This document shows, piece after piece, positions 27,716-36,782 of a stretch of DNA of 64,000 nucleotides (its first letter is position 1; each line of letters begins with the position of its first letter). Source of the DNA: a virus (Duplodnaviria > Caudoviricetes); IMG/VR virus record IMGVR_UViG_2636415851_000001, positions 1 to 64,000 of that record; one strand, written 5' to 3'. The position numbers and the translations under genes were made by a program. Under the pieces are notes generated by a model, which was not told the origin of the DNA, made no database searches, and saw only the letters and a list, made by a program, of their open reading frames with translations.

Positions 27716-28882
27716 TCACACCCTCATCGGCATCAGCACATAGGTGATGCCCTCGAGCGCGCCGTCCTTGATGACCCCGGGTGAGCCGGCATCCTCGAGC
27801 TCCATCATTGTGCCGCCGTCCATCTGCCCGAGGATGTCGAGCAGGTAACCGGCATTGAATCCTACCTCGAGCTCGAAGTCGCAGGAGACGGGGATCTCCG
27901 TTGACGCGGTCCCGAACTCTGGATCGCGGCAGGTGAGCATGAGGTGGCCGGGTCGGAAGGTGAGCTTCACCGCCTTGCCGCGCTCCGTCATGACGGCCGA
28001 TGCCTGCTTCAGGGCGTCGATGAAGGGCGCCGTGTGGATGGACGGGCGGTTCTTGTTCGCCGTCGGCATGACCCGGCGGTAGTCGGGGAAGGTGCCGTCG
28101 ATCTGCTTGGACTCGAGCAGTTCGTCCTCGCCGATCGCAAACGAGATGGCGCTGTCCGTCACCCGGATGAGCGTGTCCTCCGGGCAGCCCTTCCGCTTCA
28201 GCATGCGCAGCACCTCACCGACCGTCTTTCGGGGGATGAGGACGCCCTTGCCCGGCATGGCGCCGGCCCCTGCGGGGACGTCCATCTCGTAGCAGCCGAG
28301 ACGATGGCCGTCGGTGGTGACGAAGGTCAGCTTGTCGCGGATCTCGTTGATGTGCATGAAGACGCCGTTCAGGTAGTAGCGGGTCTCCTCCGTCGAGATG
28401 GCGAACTCGATCTTGGCGAGGATGGTGGCGAGCGTTGCCGACGGCAGCACGAAGGCGCAGTTCGACTGCTTCAGCTTCGCGCTGAAGCCGAGCTCGCTGA
28501 CGAAGTTCTCCTCCTGGTGCGTCTGCTGCAGGGTGAGGTTGAGCTTGCCGATCGACGCGACAAGGCGGTCACCGTCCAGCACGAAGTTGATGTCGGCCGC
28601 ATCCTTCACCTTGTCCATCACCGCCTTCAGCTTGTGGGCATCGACGAGGGCAACGAAGTCGGACTCGACCTTGCCAGGCACGAAGGTGGTGGTGATCATG
28701 TCGCAGTCGGTGCCGGTGACCAGCGCCCCGTTGCGGGTCGCCTTGATCAGCATGGTCGACAGGATCGGGATCGTGTTGCGCTTGTCGATCACCTTGGTGG
28801 CGTTCAGCACGGCCTTCTTGAAAACCGAATAATCCAGTGATGCCGTCGATACGGTGGCGGCGATGTTCGCAATGGCGTTCAT
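27716..28882 (-). CDS. dnaN: DNA polymerase III beta sliding clamp homolog
   Basis: RNTIPIL, FAISTEETRYYLNGVF, TDGHRL, DGTFPDYRRV, GFNAGYLLDIL, YVLMPMRV. Confidence 0.93.
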   Translation of the reverse strand: MNAIANIAATVSTASLDYSVFKKAVLNATKVIDKRNTIPILSTMLIKATRNGALVTGTDCDMITTTFVPGKVESDFVALVDAHKLKAVMDKVKDAADINFVLDGDRLVASIGKLNLTLQQTHQEENFVSELGFSAKLKQSNCAFVLPSATLATILAKIEFAISTEETRYYLNGVFMHINEIRDKLTFVTTDGHRLGCYEMDVPAGAGAMPGKGVLIPRKTVGEVLRMLKRKGCPEDTLIRVTDSAISFAIGEDELLESKQIDGTFPDYRRVMPTANKNRPSIHTAPFIDALKQASAVMTERGKAVKLTFRPGHLMLTCRDPEFGTASTEIPVSCDFELEVGFNAGYLLDILGQMDGGTMMELEDAGSPGVIKDGALEGITYVLMPMRV

Positions 28883-28925
28883 GGGTCTCATCTCCTTGGG
28901 TCGCATGATTGCGGGGGTGGTCATG

Positions 28926-28951
28926 AAAAAAAGCCGGGCGCTTGGCCCGGC
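28926..28951 (-). terminator. Intrinsic terminator inside the leftward accessory operon
   Basis: GCCGGG-loop-CCCGGC followed by 7 T on the minus strand. Confidence 0.75.
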
Positions 28952-28958
28952 CTTTGGT

Positions 28959-29294
28959 TTAGGGGCGGACCCCTAAGTTTCGGAGGCGGTGCTTGTTGGC
29001 TGCCTCCATATCGGTGGCCTGCCGGCAGTAGCCGGAAGGGTTGGACTTGTGCCTCGCCACCTGGTGGAGCCGGCGCCCCTCCATCTCGCGGATGGTTTCC
29101 TGCCGTGACCAGCCGAGCCGCTTGCCTTCCGCCATGATGGCGTCGTTGATGGCGATCGGGTCGGCGGGGTAGCCGGGACATTCCATCGCCGTCACCCTCT
29201 GCTGGACGAGGAAGGCGAAGTCGGCGGTGTCGGCATAGGCTGAAGCCGGCATGGCTGCAGACAGGGCAAGCAGGGCAAGTCCAACGGTACGCAT
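28959..29294 (-). CDS. Secreted hypothetical protein
   Basis: Signal peptide ending ASAYA; two Cys. Confidence 0.65.
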   Translation of the reverse strand: MRTVGLALLALSAAMPASAYADTADFAFLVQQRVTAMECPGYPADPIAINDAIMAEGKRLGWSRQETIREMEGRRLHQVARHKSNPSGYCRQATDMEAANKHRLRNLGVRP

Positions 29295-29303
29295 GGAGGT
29301 CTC

Positions 29304-29483
29304 CTATGGCGGTGAATGTTCAGCCGGATAGGAGAATGCCTCAACCTTCCCGAATTTCAACAGGGCGGAGTTGTGGTCCTTTAGGTGGCGGACGAACTCA
29401 TCGGCCACTGCCGTGGTTGCGAGGCCGGGGTTGTCCGCCTGGATGGTCAGCTTGAGCTTGACCTCGACGATGTAGGTACGCAT
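29304..29483 (-). CDS. Small hypothetical protein
   Basis: MRTYIVEVKL start coupled to the upstream stop. Confidence 0.5.
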   Translation of the reverse strand: MRTYIVEVKLKLTIQADNPGLATTAVADEFVRHLKDHNSALLKFGKVEAFSYPAEHSPP

Positions 29484-30196
29484 CACGCAGCCCAATCGGA
29501 CCGGGGCGTGAGGTTGTACTTCTCGCCGAGCCACTTGACGAACTCGGCGGGATCCTCGTCCTGCTCCATGGCCTGCGTCACCCGCTCGGCATGGTCCGTG
29601 ACCAGGTCGCCATAGCCCCACTGCTTTTCGGCTTCGGCACGGCATGCGGCAATGTAGTCGTCGGGACCGGGGCCCACCTTTTTGAAGTTGCGGCGCATGG
29701 GGTCGCTGTTGCGGGACCGATCGGCAGCGATCATGGCGACAATGAAGGGTTTCAGGTCCGGGTCATACCGCCCTTTATCGAATTGGTTGTCATTGCAGAG
29801 GGCATCCCAATCCAGCTTGGCACAGATGCTCGGCACGAACTCGAAGTCGTAGGCGCCAATGAAGTCAAAGCCCATGGCCTCCATCAGCTTCCATGCGCGG
29901 TCGCAGATGTCGCCAGCCTGGATGGAAATCATCCGCATGCCGGGGCTGCCGACCCCGTCAAACCAGTCGTCGATGTCCTTGTTGGTAGCCCTCGAGTCCA
30001 GCATCCACTCGTAGACGCAGAGCGCTCCTTCAACCTGGGCGTAGGTGTAGGTGCGGCGGTTGGCGAAGCGCTCGGGCTCCGGCTTGGTCAGGATTACCTC
30101 GGCAAAATGCACCAGGGTGTCGTCGTCGTAGCCAGACTCGTGCTCGGCAACGATCTTCTGGACAAGGTTCAGGAGGGTTTCACGATCGATGGTCAT
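29483..30196 (-). CDS. Acidic hypothetical protein
   Basis: 237 aa ORF preceded by the start-associated motif and RBS. Confidence 0.7.
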   Translation of the reverse strand: MTIDRETLLNLVQKIVAEHESGYDDDTLVHFAEVILTKPEPERFANRRTYTYAQVEGALCVYEWMLDSRATNKDIDDWFDGVGSPGMRMISIQAGDICDRAWKLMEAMGFDFIGAYDFEFVPSICAKLDWDALCNDNQFDKGRYDPDLKPFIVAMIAADRSRNSDPMRRNFKKVGPGPDDYIAACRAEAEKQWGYGDLVTDHAERVTQAMEQDEDPAEFVKWLGEKYNLTPRSDWAA

Positions 30197-30238
30197 GTCT
30201 CTTCCTTTCGCATGGGTGCGGGGTGTTTCAGGGGGCGC

Positions 30239-30499
30239 TTACGGGCGCCCCTTGATGATGCTGTAGGCAGTGGCCTCCGCTACGGCGCGCGGGTCGATGC
30301 GGTCGGGCGAGAACGGCGTCCAGTAATCTTGCGATGCCGGGCGACTCATGGGGTGAACCTCATGCCGGAAGAACAACCGCTTGAGCGGGTCGAATGAAAC
30401 ATAGATCCCCGCGGGGCGGACGTTTGGCCTGAGAACGAGCTGCCCGTCCTTCCTGACATTCCAATAGTTCAAGTCGAGCTCCAAGGTTGGGTCAGCCAT
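30239..30499 (-). CDS. Small protein, paralog family member 6 (VSFDPLKRLF...IDPRAVAEATAYSII)
   Basis: MADPTLEL start; shares motifs with the AAA+/VWA-linked paralogs. Confidence 0.65.
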   Translation of the reverse strand: MADPTLELDLNYWNVRKDGQLVLRPNVRPAGIYVSFDPLKRLFFRHEVHPMSRPASQDYWTPFSPDRIDPRAVAEATAYSIIKGRP

Positions 30500-30797
30500 C
30501 GGGTGGTAACCGAAGATCGCCGTGTTCCGCGAAGTGCTGCAGGTATGGGAGGAGATCCTTAACCATGTCCTGCGTGAGGTGCATCCGCGTGTTGAATACC
30601 GTGCCAGGCAGGAAGGGGTGCTGTGTCCAGCCTCGGTCGGGCAGAAGGATCTTCGGGTCGGCGTCGTCGCAGCCAAGCCAAAGAGACGCCTCGTTGGCGA
30701 GTGAGGACTCCTGCAGGCTACAGGACACGCCGGAGCGATCGACGAACTCAGCGACCACGAAGCCCCGTTGGGTGGTTTTCATCGCGAGAGGCATCAC
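30492..30797 (-). CDS. Phage hypothetical protein
   Basis: TQRGF..EFVDRSGVSCSLQESSLA...WLG...RMHL. Confidence 0.7.
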   Translation of the reverse strand: MMPLAMKTTQRGFVVAEFVDRSGVSCSLQESSLANEASLWLGCDDADPKILLPDRGWTQHPFLPGTVFNTRMHLTQDMVKDLLPYLQHFAEHGDLRLPPDG

Positions 30798-31273
30798 TGA
30801 GTCTCCAGCTTGGTGCGCAGATCGAGAAGAGAGCTGCCGACTGAAGCCAGCCAGGCTGTCTGCTCCTCCTCAGTGTACCGGTACCAGTCTGCGCCCTCGT
30901 CATGCTCCTCGCATTCCTCGCCGTCCGGCCCGAGCCAGCGCCCTTCATCAATGCAGCCGGGGAGGATCTCCTCGATGACGGAAAGGACCATGGCCTTCTC
31001 CGCGCGCAGCCGTTCAAGCTCTGCCTTCGATCCCGTCGGCAGCAGCTCGGAATCGTCGGCCAGACCGTAGAGGGTGATGGCAGAGGAGATGAAGTCTTCA
31101 CCTTCGAGCGGGATGTCCACGCCGTCCAGCATGTCGAGGGTGTCCGGTTTCTCAAGAGACCCCGCGTAGTCCGTAGAGACAGCAAGAGCTGCCTCCTCCT
31201 CGGTGTTGGCAGGGGTGTAGATGGTCATGCAGACCCATACCTCGGTGCCAATCAGTTCGCGTTCGTCATCCAT
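30794..31273 (-). CDS. Highly acidic hypothetical protein
   Basis: MDDERELI start after the motif and AGGAG; D/E-rich. Confidence 0.65.
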   Translation of the reverse strand: MDDERELIGTEVWVCMTIYTPANTEEEAALAVSTDYAGSLEKPDTLDMLDGVDIPLEGEDFISSAITLYGLADDSELLPTGSKAELERLRAEKAMVLSVIEEILPGCIDEGRWLGPDGEECEEHDEGADWYRYTEEEQTAWLASVGSSLLDLRTKLETQ

Positions 31274-31308
31274 GATTGTTCTCCTGCGTGCCATGGTTGG
31301 CTGGTGTT

Positions 31309-31626
31309 TTACGAGAGAGGGAGGCAGCCCCGCGGGGCGGCCGCCATGATGTAGCGGTACTCGTCCGGACTGTTGCGTTTGAGCCAGTCCAAAGCCTCAG
31401 CTTCCAGGCCGCCCGGGTTCTTGTCCGCCTCGTAGCAAACGTGGTCCCAAACAGCGTCGTCGTCGGGAAAGATGCGCGCCTCGTCGTCCTTCTGGAGCTG
31501 GTACTCAGCGTTTACGGAGCCGTCGCAGTGGAAGATAGCCCAGCCGAGAGGCATAGAGCGCTCGTTGATCCTGTCCCGAAGCCTTTCCTGTGCATCTGCT
31601 AGAACGAGGTCTCCGATGGAGGGCAT
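31309..31626 (-). CDS. Hypothetical protein
   Basis: MPSIGDL start after GGAGG. Confidence 0.6.
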   Translation of the reverse strand: MPSIGDLVLADAQERLRDRINERSMPLGWAIFHCDGSVNAEYQLQKDDEARIFPDDDAVWDHVCYEADKNPGGLEAEALDWLKRNSPDEYRYIMAAAPRGCLPLS

Positions 31627-31627
31627 G

Positions 31628-31864
31628 TCACTCCTCCACCTTGGTGAGCTGATCGAAGGTCCATTCCTCGCCGTCCTCGTCGAGGAAGACGAAGCTGCCG
31701 CCGCGCTTGACCGGCTTCTGCTCGTCCCAAATGACGTCGCTGCCGTTGCCGTCGTACTCAACCTCCGTCCCGTCCTCCGATATGGACTCGAGGCCGACGA
31801 TGCAGGGCACCTTCTCCAGAATGCAGGTGATCGGCATGCCGTTGGGTGCTTTGAACTTGGGCAT
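31628..31864 (-). CDS. Small acidic hypothetical protein
   Basis: 78 aa ORF with GGAGG RBS. Confidence 0.65.
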   Translation of the reverse strand: MPKFKAPNGMPITCILEKVPCIVGLESISEDGTEVEYDGNGSDVIWDEQKPVKRGGSFVFLDEDGEEWTFDQLTKVEE

Positions 31865-31865
31865 G

Positions 31866-32084
31866 TCACGCGCCCTCCGCTTCGCTATTGTTGCCGTAGA
31901 TCGAAGCCTCCTCCTCGATCTCGAGAACGTCGCCTCGTTGTGTGGTCATGAAGCCGTGGCCTTGGCCGCCAGCCTCAATGAAATTCTCGAGCGAGGTGAG
32001 CAGGTTCTCTGCGATCTTCCGACTGTCTGCATCGGCACTTGCTTCACCCTTAAACCGGAGGGTGATCCAGACTTCCTGGTCCAT
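31866..32084 (-). CDS. Small acidic hypothetical protein
   Basis: MDQEVWIT start after the motif and AAGGAG. Confidence 0.6.
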   Translation of the reverse strand: MDQEVWITLRFKGEASADADSRKIAENLLTSLENFIEAGGQGHGFMTTQRGDVLEIEEEASIYGNNSEAEGA

Positions 32085-32115
32085 GTTGCGTCTCCTTCTT
32101 GCCATAGGTGGCGGG

Positions 32116-33288
32116 TTAGATGCTGATGTTGATGCACTCGCCGAACGGCGGCGATAGCGTGGCGACGTCCTTCGACGAGCGGCCATAGACACCCCACAGC
32201 ACCGGCATGGGTGGCTCATCGCCGAAGTCATAGACTCCCATATCGGTGAGGTAGATGCAGGCTCGAGCGTCTGGGAACTGGTCGGTGATCTTCTCGAAGG
32301 TATCCGAGAAGGCCGTGCCTCCACCGCCGGCGGGGTTGATGGTGAGCTCGTCGCCGTTCTCGAACTGGTCGATGCGGGCAACGGAGGCGTCGGCATAGAT
32401 CACGGTCAGCTTGTCGACCGCGCCTTCCTGATAGGCACCGTTCACCTCTGCGGCGAAGTCCTTCAGGATGTCGTTGTCGATCGAGCCGGATGTGTCGACG
32501 GCAATCACGATGTGGCTGACGCCGTCCGAGATCAGGCCCGGGGTGATGATGCCGTGCGGAATCATCCGACGGTTAGGCTTGTGCCAGGCAAAGTCCCTCG
32601 TCATGGACTCGTCGATGAAGCGCCGCAGCACCGCACGCCAGTCCACCTTGGGAGCAAGCAGCTCGTCTATCAGGCGGGAGAGGGAAGCCGGGAGCTTGCC
32701 GGCTTGCGCTGCCTTGGCAACCATGGCTGCCTGCCGGATCTTCGTCTGCATCTCGGCCTGCAGTTCTGCCTTGGCTGCCTCGTCGTTCTGCGGGCAGCCG
32801 TCAACCGTGGTGCCGCAGCCGCCCCTGTCGCCCTGTCCTTCGCTCGAGTCATCGCCATCGTTCTCGTCGTCGAGCAGACGGTAGATCTCTTCGGCAGACA
32901 GGCCGGTGTAGCGCGGGTCGATCAGGCCGATCTTCGGCATCTTGCCGACGCCGCAGGCAACGAGCTCGCCGTTGATGGCGTAGTCGCATGCGTCGTTGAA
33001 GCGGCCGGGCTTGCGGTGGCCGCGACGGATGTGGTGCTCGAGCGCATTGTGCATGACCTCGTGGGCACGGACGAAGACGACCTCGGGTACCGTCAGATCC
33101 TCGACGAACTTCGGGTTCCACCACAGGCGGCGGCCATCGGTTGCCATCGTGTCGATCTGCGGGTGGTCGGGCTCGACCTCGATCATCTCCAGCTGCGCAT
33201 TGAGCACGCCGAAGAATGGGTGGTCCCACAGAAGCGAGGTCTGCGCGGCGAGCATCTTGTCGGCCGGCGACAGTTTGGGCTGTGCCAT
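32116..33288 (-). CDS. HExxH metallopeptidase + VWA domain protein (DUF2201-like)
   Basis: TMATDG, AHEVMH, NDACDYAIN, VDWR..LRRF, MIDAS DTSGS, GGGGTAF, LTD. Confidence 0.9.
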   Translation of the reverse strand: MAQPKLSPADKMLAAQTSLLWDHPFFGVLNAQLEMIEVEPDHPQIDTMATDGRRLWWNPKFVEDLTVPEVVFVRAHEVMHNALEHHIRRGHRKPGRFNDACDYAINGELVACGVGKMPKIGLIDPRYTGLSAEEIYRLLDDENDGDDSSEGQGDRGGCGTTVDGCPQNDEAAKAELQAEMQTKIRQAAMVAKAAQAGKLPASLSRLIDELLAPKVDWRAVLRRFIDESMTRDFAWHKPNRRMIPHGIITPGLISDGVSHIVIAVDTSGSIDNDILKDFAAEVNGAYQEGAVDKLTVIYADASVARIDQFENGDELTINPAGGGGTAFSDTFEKITDQFPDARACIYLTDMGVYDFGDEPPMPVLWGVYGRSSKDVATLSPPFGECINISI

Positions 33289-33334
33289 TGCGGTTCTCCT
33301 TGATTGGGGTGGGGTGATGGGGCAGGCCGTCACG

Positions 33335-33670
33335 TTATCGGTAAAGGAAGTCGCCGAAAGGTGAGGCGACCGCCGTCGCGGGTGCCGGATCCGGTAGGGA
33401 AGAGCGACTATCAGCCAGCGATGCGGCGATGCAGCGCGCCACCTCCTCCGGGCCGATAGCACGCTTGGCCAGCTCGATCTGCGCGGGGGTGACCGGCTTC
33501 TCCTTCTGCCAGGGGCTGACCTTGGTGTAGCGGCGCTTGGCCGTGCCGCTGAAGGCACGCTTCCTCGGGTCGTAGGTGATGTCGATCACCTGCAGCGCCG
33601 ACTTCTTGCGGCGGTCGGTGACCTCCCATCGGTATTCGCCGCGCTTGCGGACATTGAAGCCGGTGGTCAT
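33335..33670 (-). CDS. Small protein, paralog family member 5 (ITYDPRKRAF...IGPEEVARCIAASL)
   Basis: MTTGFNV start with ATGA coupling. Confidence 0.7.
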   Translation of the reverse strand: MTTGFNVRKRGEYRWEVTDRRKKSALQVIDITYDPRKRAFSGTAKRRYTKVSPWQKEKPVTPAQIELAKRAIGPEEVARCIAASLADSRSSLPDPAPATAVASPFGDFLYR

Positions 33671-34056
33671 GAGGCTTTGATCCTTAATGCCAAGGCCATC
33701 GCCTTTGCGATGTCCTCCGGTGAGAGTTTCGATTTCAGGATGCTGGAGATCGTCCCTTCCATGACGGGGGAGTCGTCGAGCCATGCGTCGGGGTGAACGT
33801 CCTCGTTCTTCACCTCCCGCGGGATGCCGAGTTGGGCGAGACCGGATCGGTTGCGCTTTCCGTCGAGCTCGCCGATGGGGATGTTGCTGGCCGACCACTT
33901 GCGCTTGCGAGGGTCGAAGACCAGCACCCAATGGGCAGTCGTCTTGTCGCCGCGGATGCCGTTGAAGTACCAGCGGAGATCCGTGGTGGATGGAGAGCGC
34001 GGGGCTGTCTGCTCCGGATGGAACGGGCCAAACACCTTGCGGATGATAGGCATCAT
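33667..34056 (-). CDS. Small protein, paralog family member 4 (LVFDPRKRKW...LSPEDIAKAMALAL)
   Basis: 129 aa ORF; GGAGG RBS; coupled. Confidence 0.75.
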   Translation of the reverse strand: MMPIIRKVFGPFHPEQTAPRSPSTTDLRWYFNGIRGDKTTAHWVLVFDPRKRKWSASNIPIGELDGKRNRSGLAQLGIPREVKNEDVHPDAWLDDSPVMEGTISSILKSKLSPEDIAKAMALALRIKAS

Positions 34057-34400
34057 TTCCTCCCGTGGGTGAGGGACAGGGCGACGCAGCGCGCCACCTG
34101 TTCCGGGGTGAGTTGGGACTTGAGCAAGTCCCTCAGCTTGCCGCTGCCGTTGACCTCACGGCCAAGCCCGAAGAGATCGCCGGGCTGCTGGAGCTTTCTC
34201 CATTGGCCCTCGTTCGGCGCCGCCCCGTTGGAGGCGCCGAACAGTCTCGTATGGGCGTGGTAGATGAGGCTCAACTTGCGAACCTCACCTCCCGTCGTGC
34301 GGCCGGCGAAGGTGAAGACGATCTTGTCGTCTTTCGCCTTCACCTTGATGGGACCGAGCAGCCACACGATCGACGCGGCTGTCTCCCGTTCCTCAGCCAA
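34053..34400 (-). CDS. Small protein, paralog family member 3 (LIYHAHTRLF...LTPEQVARCVALSL)
   Basis: TTG start overlapping the ATPase stop. Confidence 0.7.
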   Translation of the reverse strand: MAEERETAASIVWLLGPIKVKAKDDKIVFTFAGRTTGGEVRKLSLIYHAHTRLFGASNGAAPNEGQWRKLQQPGDLFGLGREVNGSGKLRDLLKSQLTPEQVARCVALSLTHGRK

Positions 34401-35424
34401 TGATCACGTCCTGATTTTCGGCAGACCAGTTGATGAAGGCCTGCGTGTGGGACAGGCCCGGGTCACGGCGCACCGCATCGACCATGAACATGATGCGGAA
34501 GTCGCGCGCCGGCAGCCGCTTCATGTAGGCGTCGGCATTGGCCAGCGTCCGCTGGTCGACCTTGCGTGCCAGACCTGCGGCGATGGCGAAGCGGGCCGAG
34601 ACATCCTCCGGCAGCGGTGCGCTGTTCGGGTTGGCGAGCACCAGGTCGAGCGACGGCAGCCCCTGATAGACACGGACGAAGCCCTCGAACTCTGCCGCTG
34701 CACCATCGCCGACGATTCCGCTGACCAGAGAATAGCGGCGGCTGGTCTTCCTCTCCTTGTCTGCCTGCTCGCTCGGCTTGATGTACTTGAATGCCTCCTC
34801 CCATGCCCGGGGCGTCGGGAAGGCGCGCTGGTCTGGCGTGTCCGGCATCTTGTGGATCAGCTCCGGACGGAAGCGCAGGAAGGCGATGCCGATCGGGTCG
34901 ACGCCCTTCTTGCTGAAGTGCATGAGGTGGACGTTGTCGTGGTTCGGGCTGAGGTCCGGATCCACATCGATGTGAGCGAAGCGGTTGGCGAGCGCCGTCG
35001 GCATGCGCTGTGCTGCGGCACGGTCCGACTGGCGGTTACCGGCTGCCACCACACGCCAGCCAGGCGGCAGGGTATAGTCGCCAACCTTGCGATCGAGAAC
35101 CAGGCCGAACATGGCGGCCATCATCGAGGGAGGCGCGGCGTTCAACTCGTCGAGGAAGAGGATGCCTTCCTCGCCATCGCGCTCCACCTGCGGGAACTCG
35201 TCCGGCACCTTCCACTTAGTAGTGTCGCCGTGCAGATCCGGCAGACCCATGAGGGCGACCGAGTCACGGGTGGATGCGCGGAAGTCAACCAGTCCCCACT
35301 TGCGTTCCTTGGTAATCTGCGCCGTGGCCTGGGACTTGCCGATGCCGGGCGGTCCCCACAGGAAAGCCGGTGTGTTGCCGTCGAGATAATCCTGAAGGTT
35401 CAGAACAGCTGTGCCGATGTGCAT
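34393..35424 (-). CDS. MoxR-like AAA+ ATPase
   Basis: Walker A GPPGIGKS, Walker B ILFLDE, AAGNR, ALANRF, TPRAW. Confidence 0.92.
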   Translation of the reverse strand: MHIGTAVLNLQDYLDGNTPAFLWGPPGIGKSQATAQITKERKWGLVDFRASTRDSVALMGLPDLHGDTTKWKVPDEFPQVERDGEEGILFLDELNAAPPSMMAAMFGLVLDRKVGDYTLPPGWRVVAAGNRQSDRAAAQRMPTALANRFAHIDVDPDLSPNHDNVHLMHFSKKGVDPIGIAFLRFRPELIHKMPDTPDQRAFPTPRAWEEAFKYIKPSEQADKERKTSRRYSLVSGIVGDGAAAEFEGFVRVYQGLPSLDLVLANPNSAPLPEDVSARFAIAAGLARKVDQRTLANADAYMKRLPARDFRIMFMVDAVRRDPGLSHTQAFINWSAENQDVIIG

Positions 35425-35807
35425 GTCTTGTCTCCTTGGTGTGCCATGCGTGGCGGGGTTGGTAGCTGGCCGAGTAGCCGCACCCTTGTGAGGTCGGCGA
35501 AGTCGGCAGGGGAAAGCAACGTCTGCGCTGCAAGAGCGAGCTTGTCCCGGGGGAAGCGGGGAAAAGCGAGGTTCGGATATTCGTCGAAATTGGACGGTAT
35601 CAGGTAGTCGTTGAAGTTGCTGGAGTGGGTGGGCACCCGACCGGGATAGACCGGACGGTGACGTGCCTTGACCCGCTTCTCGAAAGTGTCGACGTGCACC
35701 TCGTAGCGGTGGGTGAGGCCGGTCTCTTCCTCGTCAAAGGCGAACCAGAACTTCAGCTTGGTGCCGGTGATCTGCCGGGCGTAGGGACCGTAGAGCGCGC
35801 CCTTCAT
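35400..35807 (-). CDS. Small protein, paralog family member 2 (most divergent; LSPADFADLTRVRLL)
   Basis: 135 aa ORF; ALYGPY N-terminal motif. Confidence 0.65.
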   Translation of the reverse strand: MKGALYGPYARQITGTKLKFWFAFDEEETGLTHRYEVHVDTFEKRVKARHRPVYPGRVPTHSSNFNDYLIPSNFDEYPNLAFPRFPRDKLALAAQTLLSPADFADLTRVRLLGQLPTPPRMAHQGDKTCTSAQLF

Positions 35808-35810
35808 GGG

Positions 35811-36176
35811 TCACGTCCAGACGATGCGGTCAGGGAAGAGAACGACCGGGCCGGAGATGGCCGGGATGGACTCAGGATCAAGCCCGGGCTCGCGGGTCAG
35901 CGCATTGTTGCGGTAGATCGCGGTGCCCCTGATGTTGCGGATGTGTCGACCGTTGATGCTCGACGTCTCGCCGACGAACATATCCCTACGGTTGCCCTCA
36001 AAGAGCACGGCCACATGCTCGAAAGGCTCGTCGAAAACTCCGGCCATCGCGCGCTTCAGCGCCTCGTAATTGGAGGACTTGCCGGCGATGGTGACGAGCC
36101 GTTCCTCGGTTGCGCCGAGCACCGGGATGATGAGCATTCGAGTTTGCGGAGGAGGCGGCTGTGTCAGCTTGCCCAT
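35811..36176 (-). CDS. DUF3846-like hypothetical protein
   Basis: FEHV...DMFVGE...N..GT...ISGPVVLF pattern. Confidence 0.6.
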   Translation of the reverse strand: MGKLTQPPPPQTRMLIIPVLGATEERLVTIAGKSSNYEALKRAMAGVFDEPFEHVAVLFEGNRRDMFVGETSSINGRHIRNIRGTAIYRNNALTREPGLDPESIPAISGPVVLFPDRIVWT

Positions 36177-36214
36177 TTCATTCTCCTGTCGTGCATGATT
36201 GCTGGGGTGAAAGT

Positions 36215-36613
36215 TTAGGGGATGGCGAGGTAGCCGGGGCCGTAGCACTGGCGGCATTCCAGCCTATCGAAATCGTAGCCGCGAGCAGCTGCACGATAGA
36301 GCATCATCAGCTGGCCCTCTCGCTGCCTAGTGCGGCGTAGCCGGCTGTTGATGGTCGGCTTGGCGTCTAGCTCATCGAGCGCGAACGTGCGGCCGCAAGC
36401 GTCGCAGCAAGCAGTCTCGACTATCTCGCACCCGCAAGTGATGCAGCGGTCGCCTCCGTCCATGGCAGTCTCGCCACAGTTTTCGCAGGACCACTCATCC
36501 TCGTCATCTTCATCGCCAAGGATGGGGTGCTCGTCACACTTGGGGTCTTGGACGAACTCGCGACCACGGAAAAAACATCCGCAACTGAGTGTCACGATGG
36601 AGGGGGAGGGCAT
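36215..36613 (-). CDS. Multi-Zn-ribbon hypothetical protein
   Basis: Several CxxC pairs; preceded by the motif and AGGAG. Confidence 0.6.
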   Translation of the reverse strand: MPSPSIVTLSCGCFFRGREFVQDPKCDEHPILGDEDDEDEWSCENCGETAMDGGDRCITCGCEIVETACCDACGRTFALDELDAKPTINSRLRRTRQREGQLMMLYRAAARGYDFDRLECRQCYGPGYLAIP

Positions 36614-36782
36614 GTCGTTCTCCTGTGGTGCATGATTGCGAGAGAAAGGGGACGCCACCTGGATGATGAGCGCCCCCCTCGTGTGTGCGGCGGAATAAGG
36701 GATTACTTCATGTCGACCTCCGTTCGCTGTTGGTCCTCAGGGTGAAACCCTGCCCGGCAGTGCGGGCCAGGCAGGATTGGGA

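Noticed and set aside
31309-31626. Seventh member of the paralog family (NSPDEYRYIMAA)
   Set aside because: It lacks the central motif and the C-terminal match is weak.
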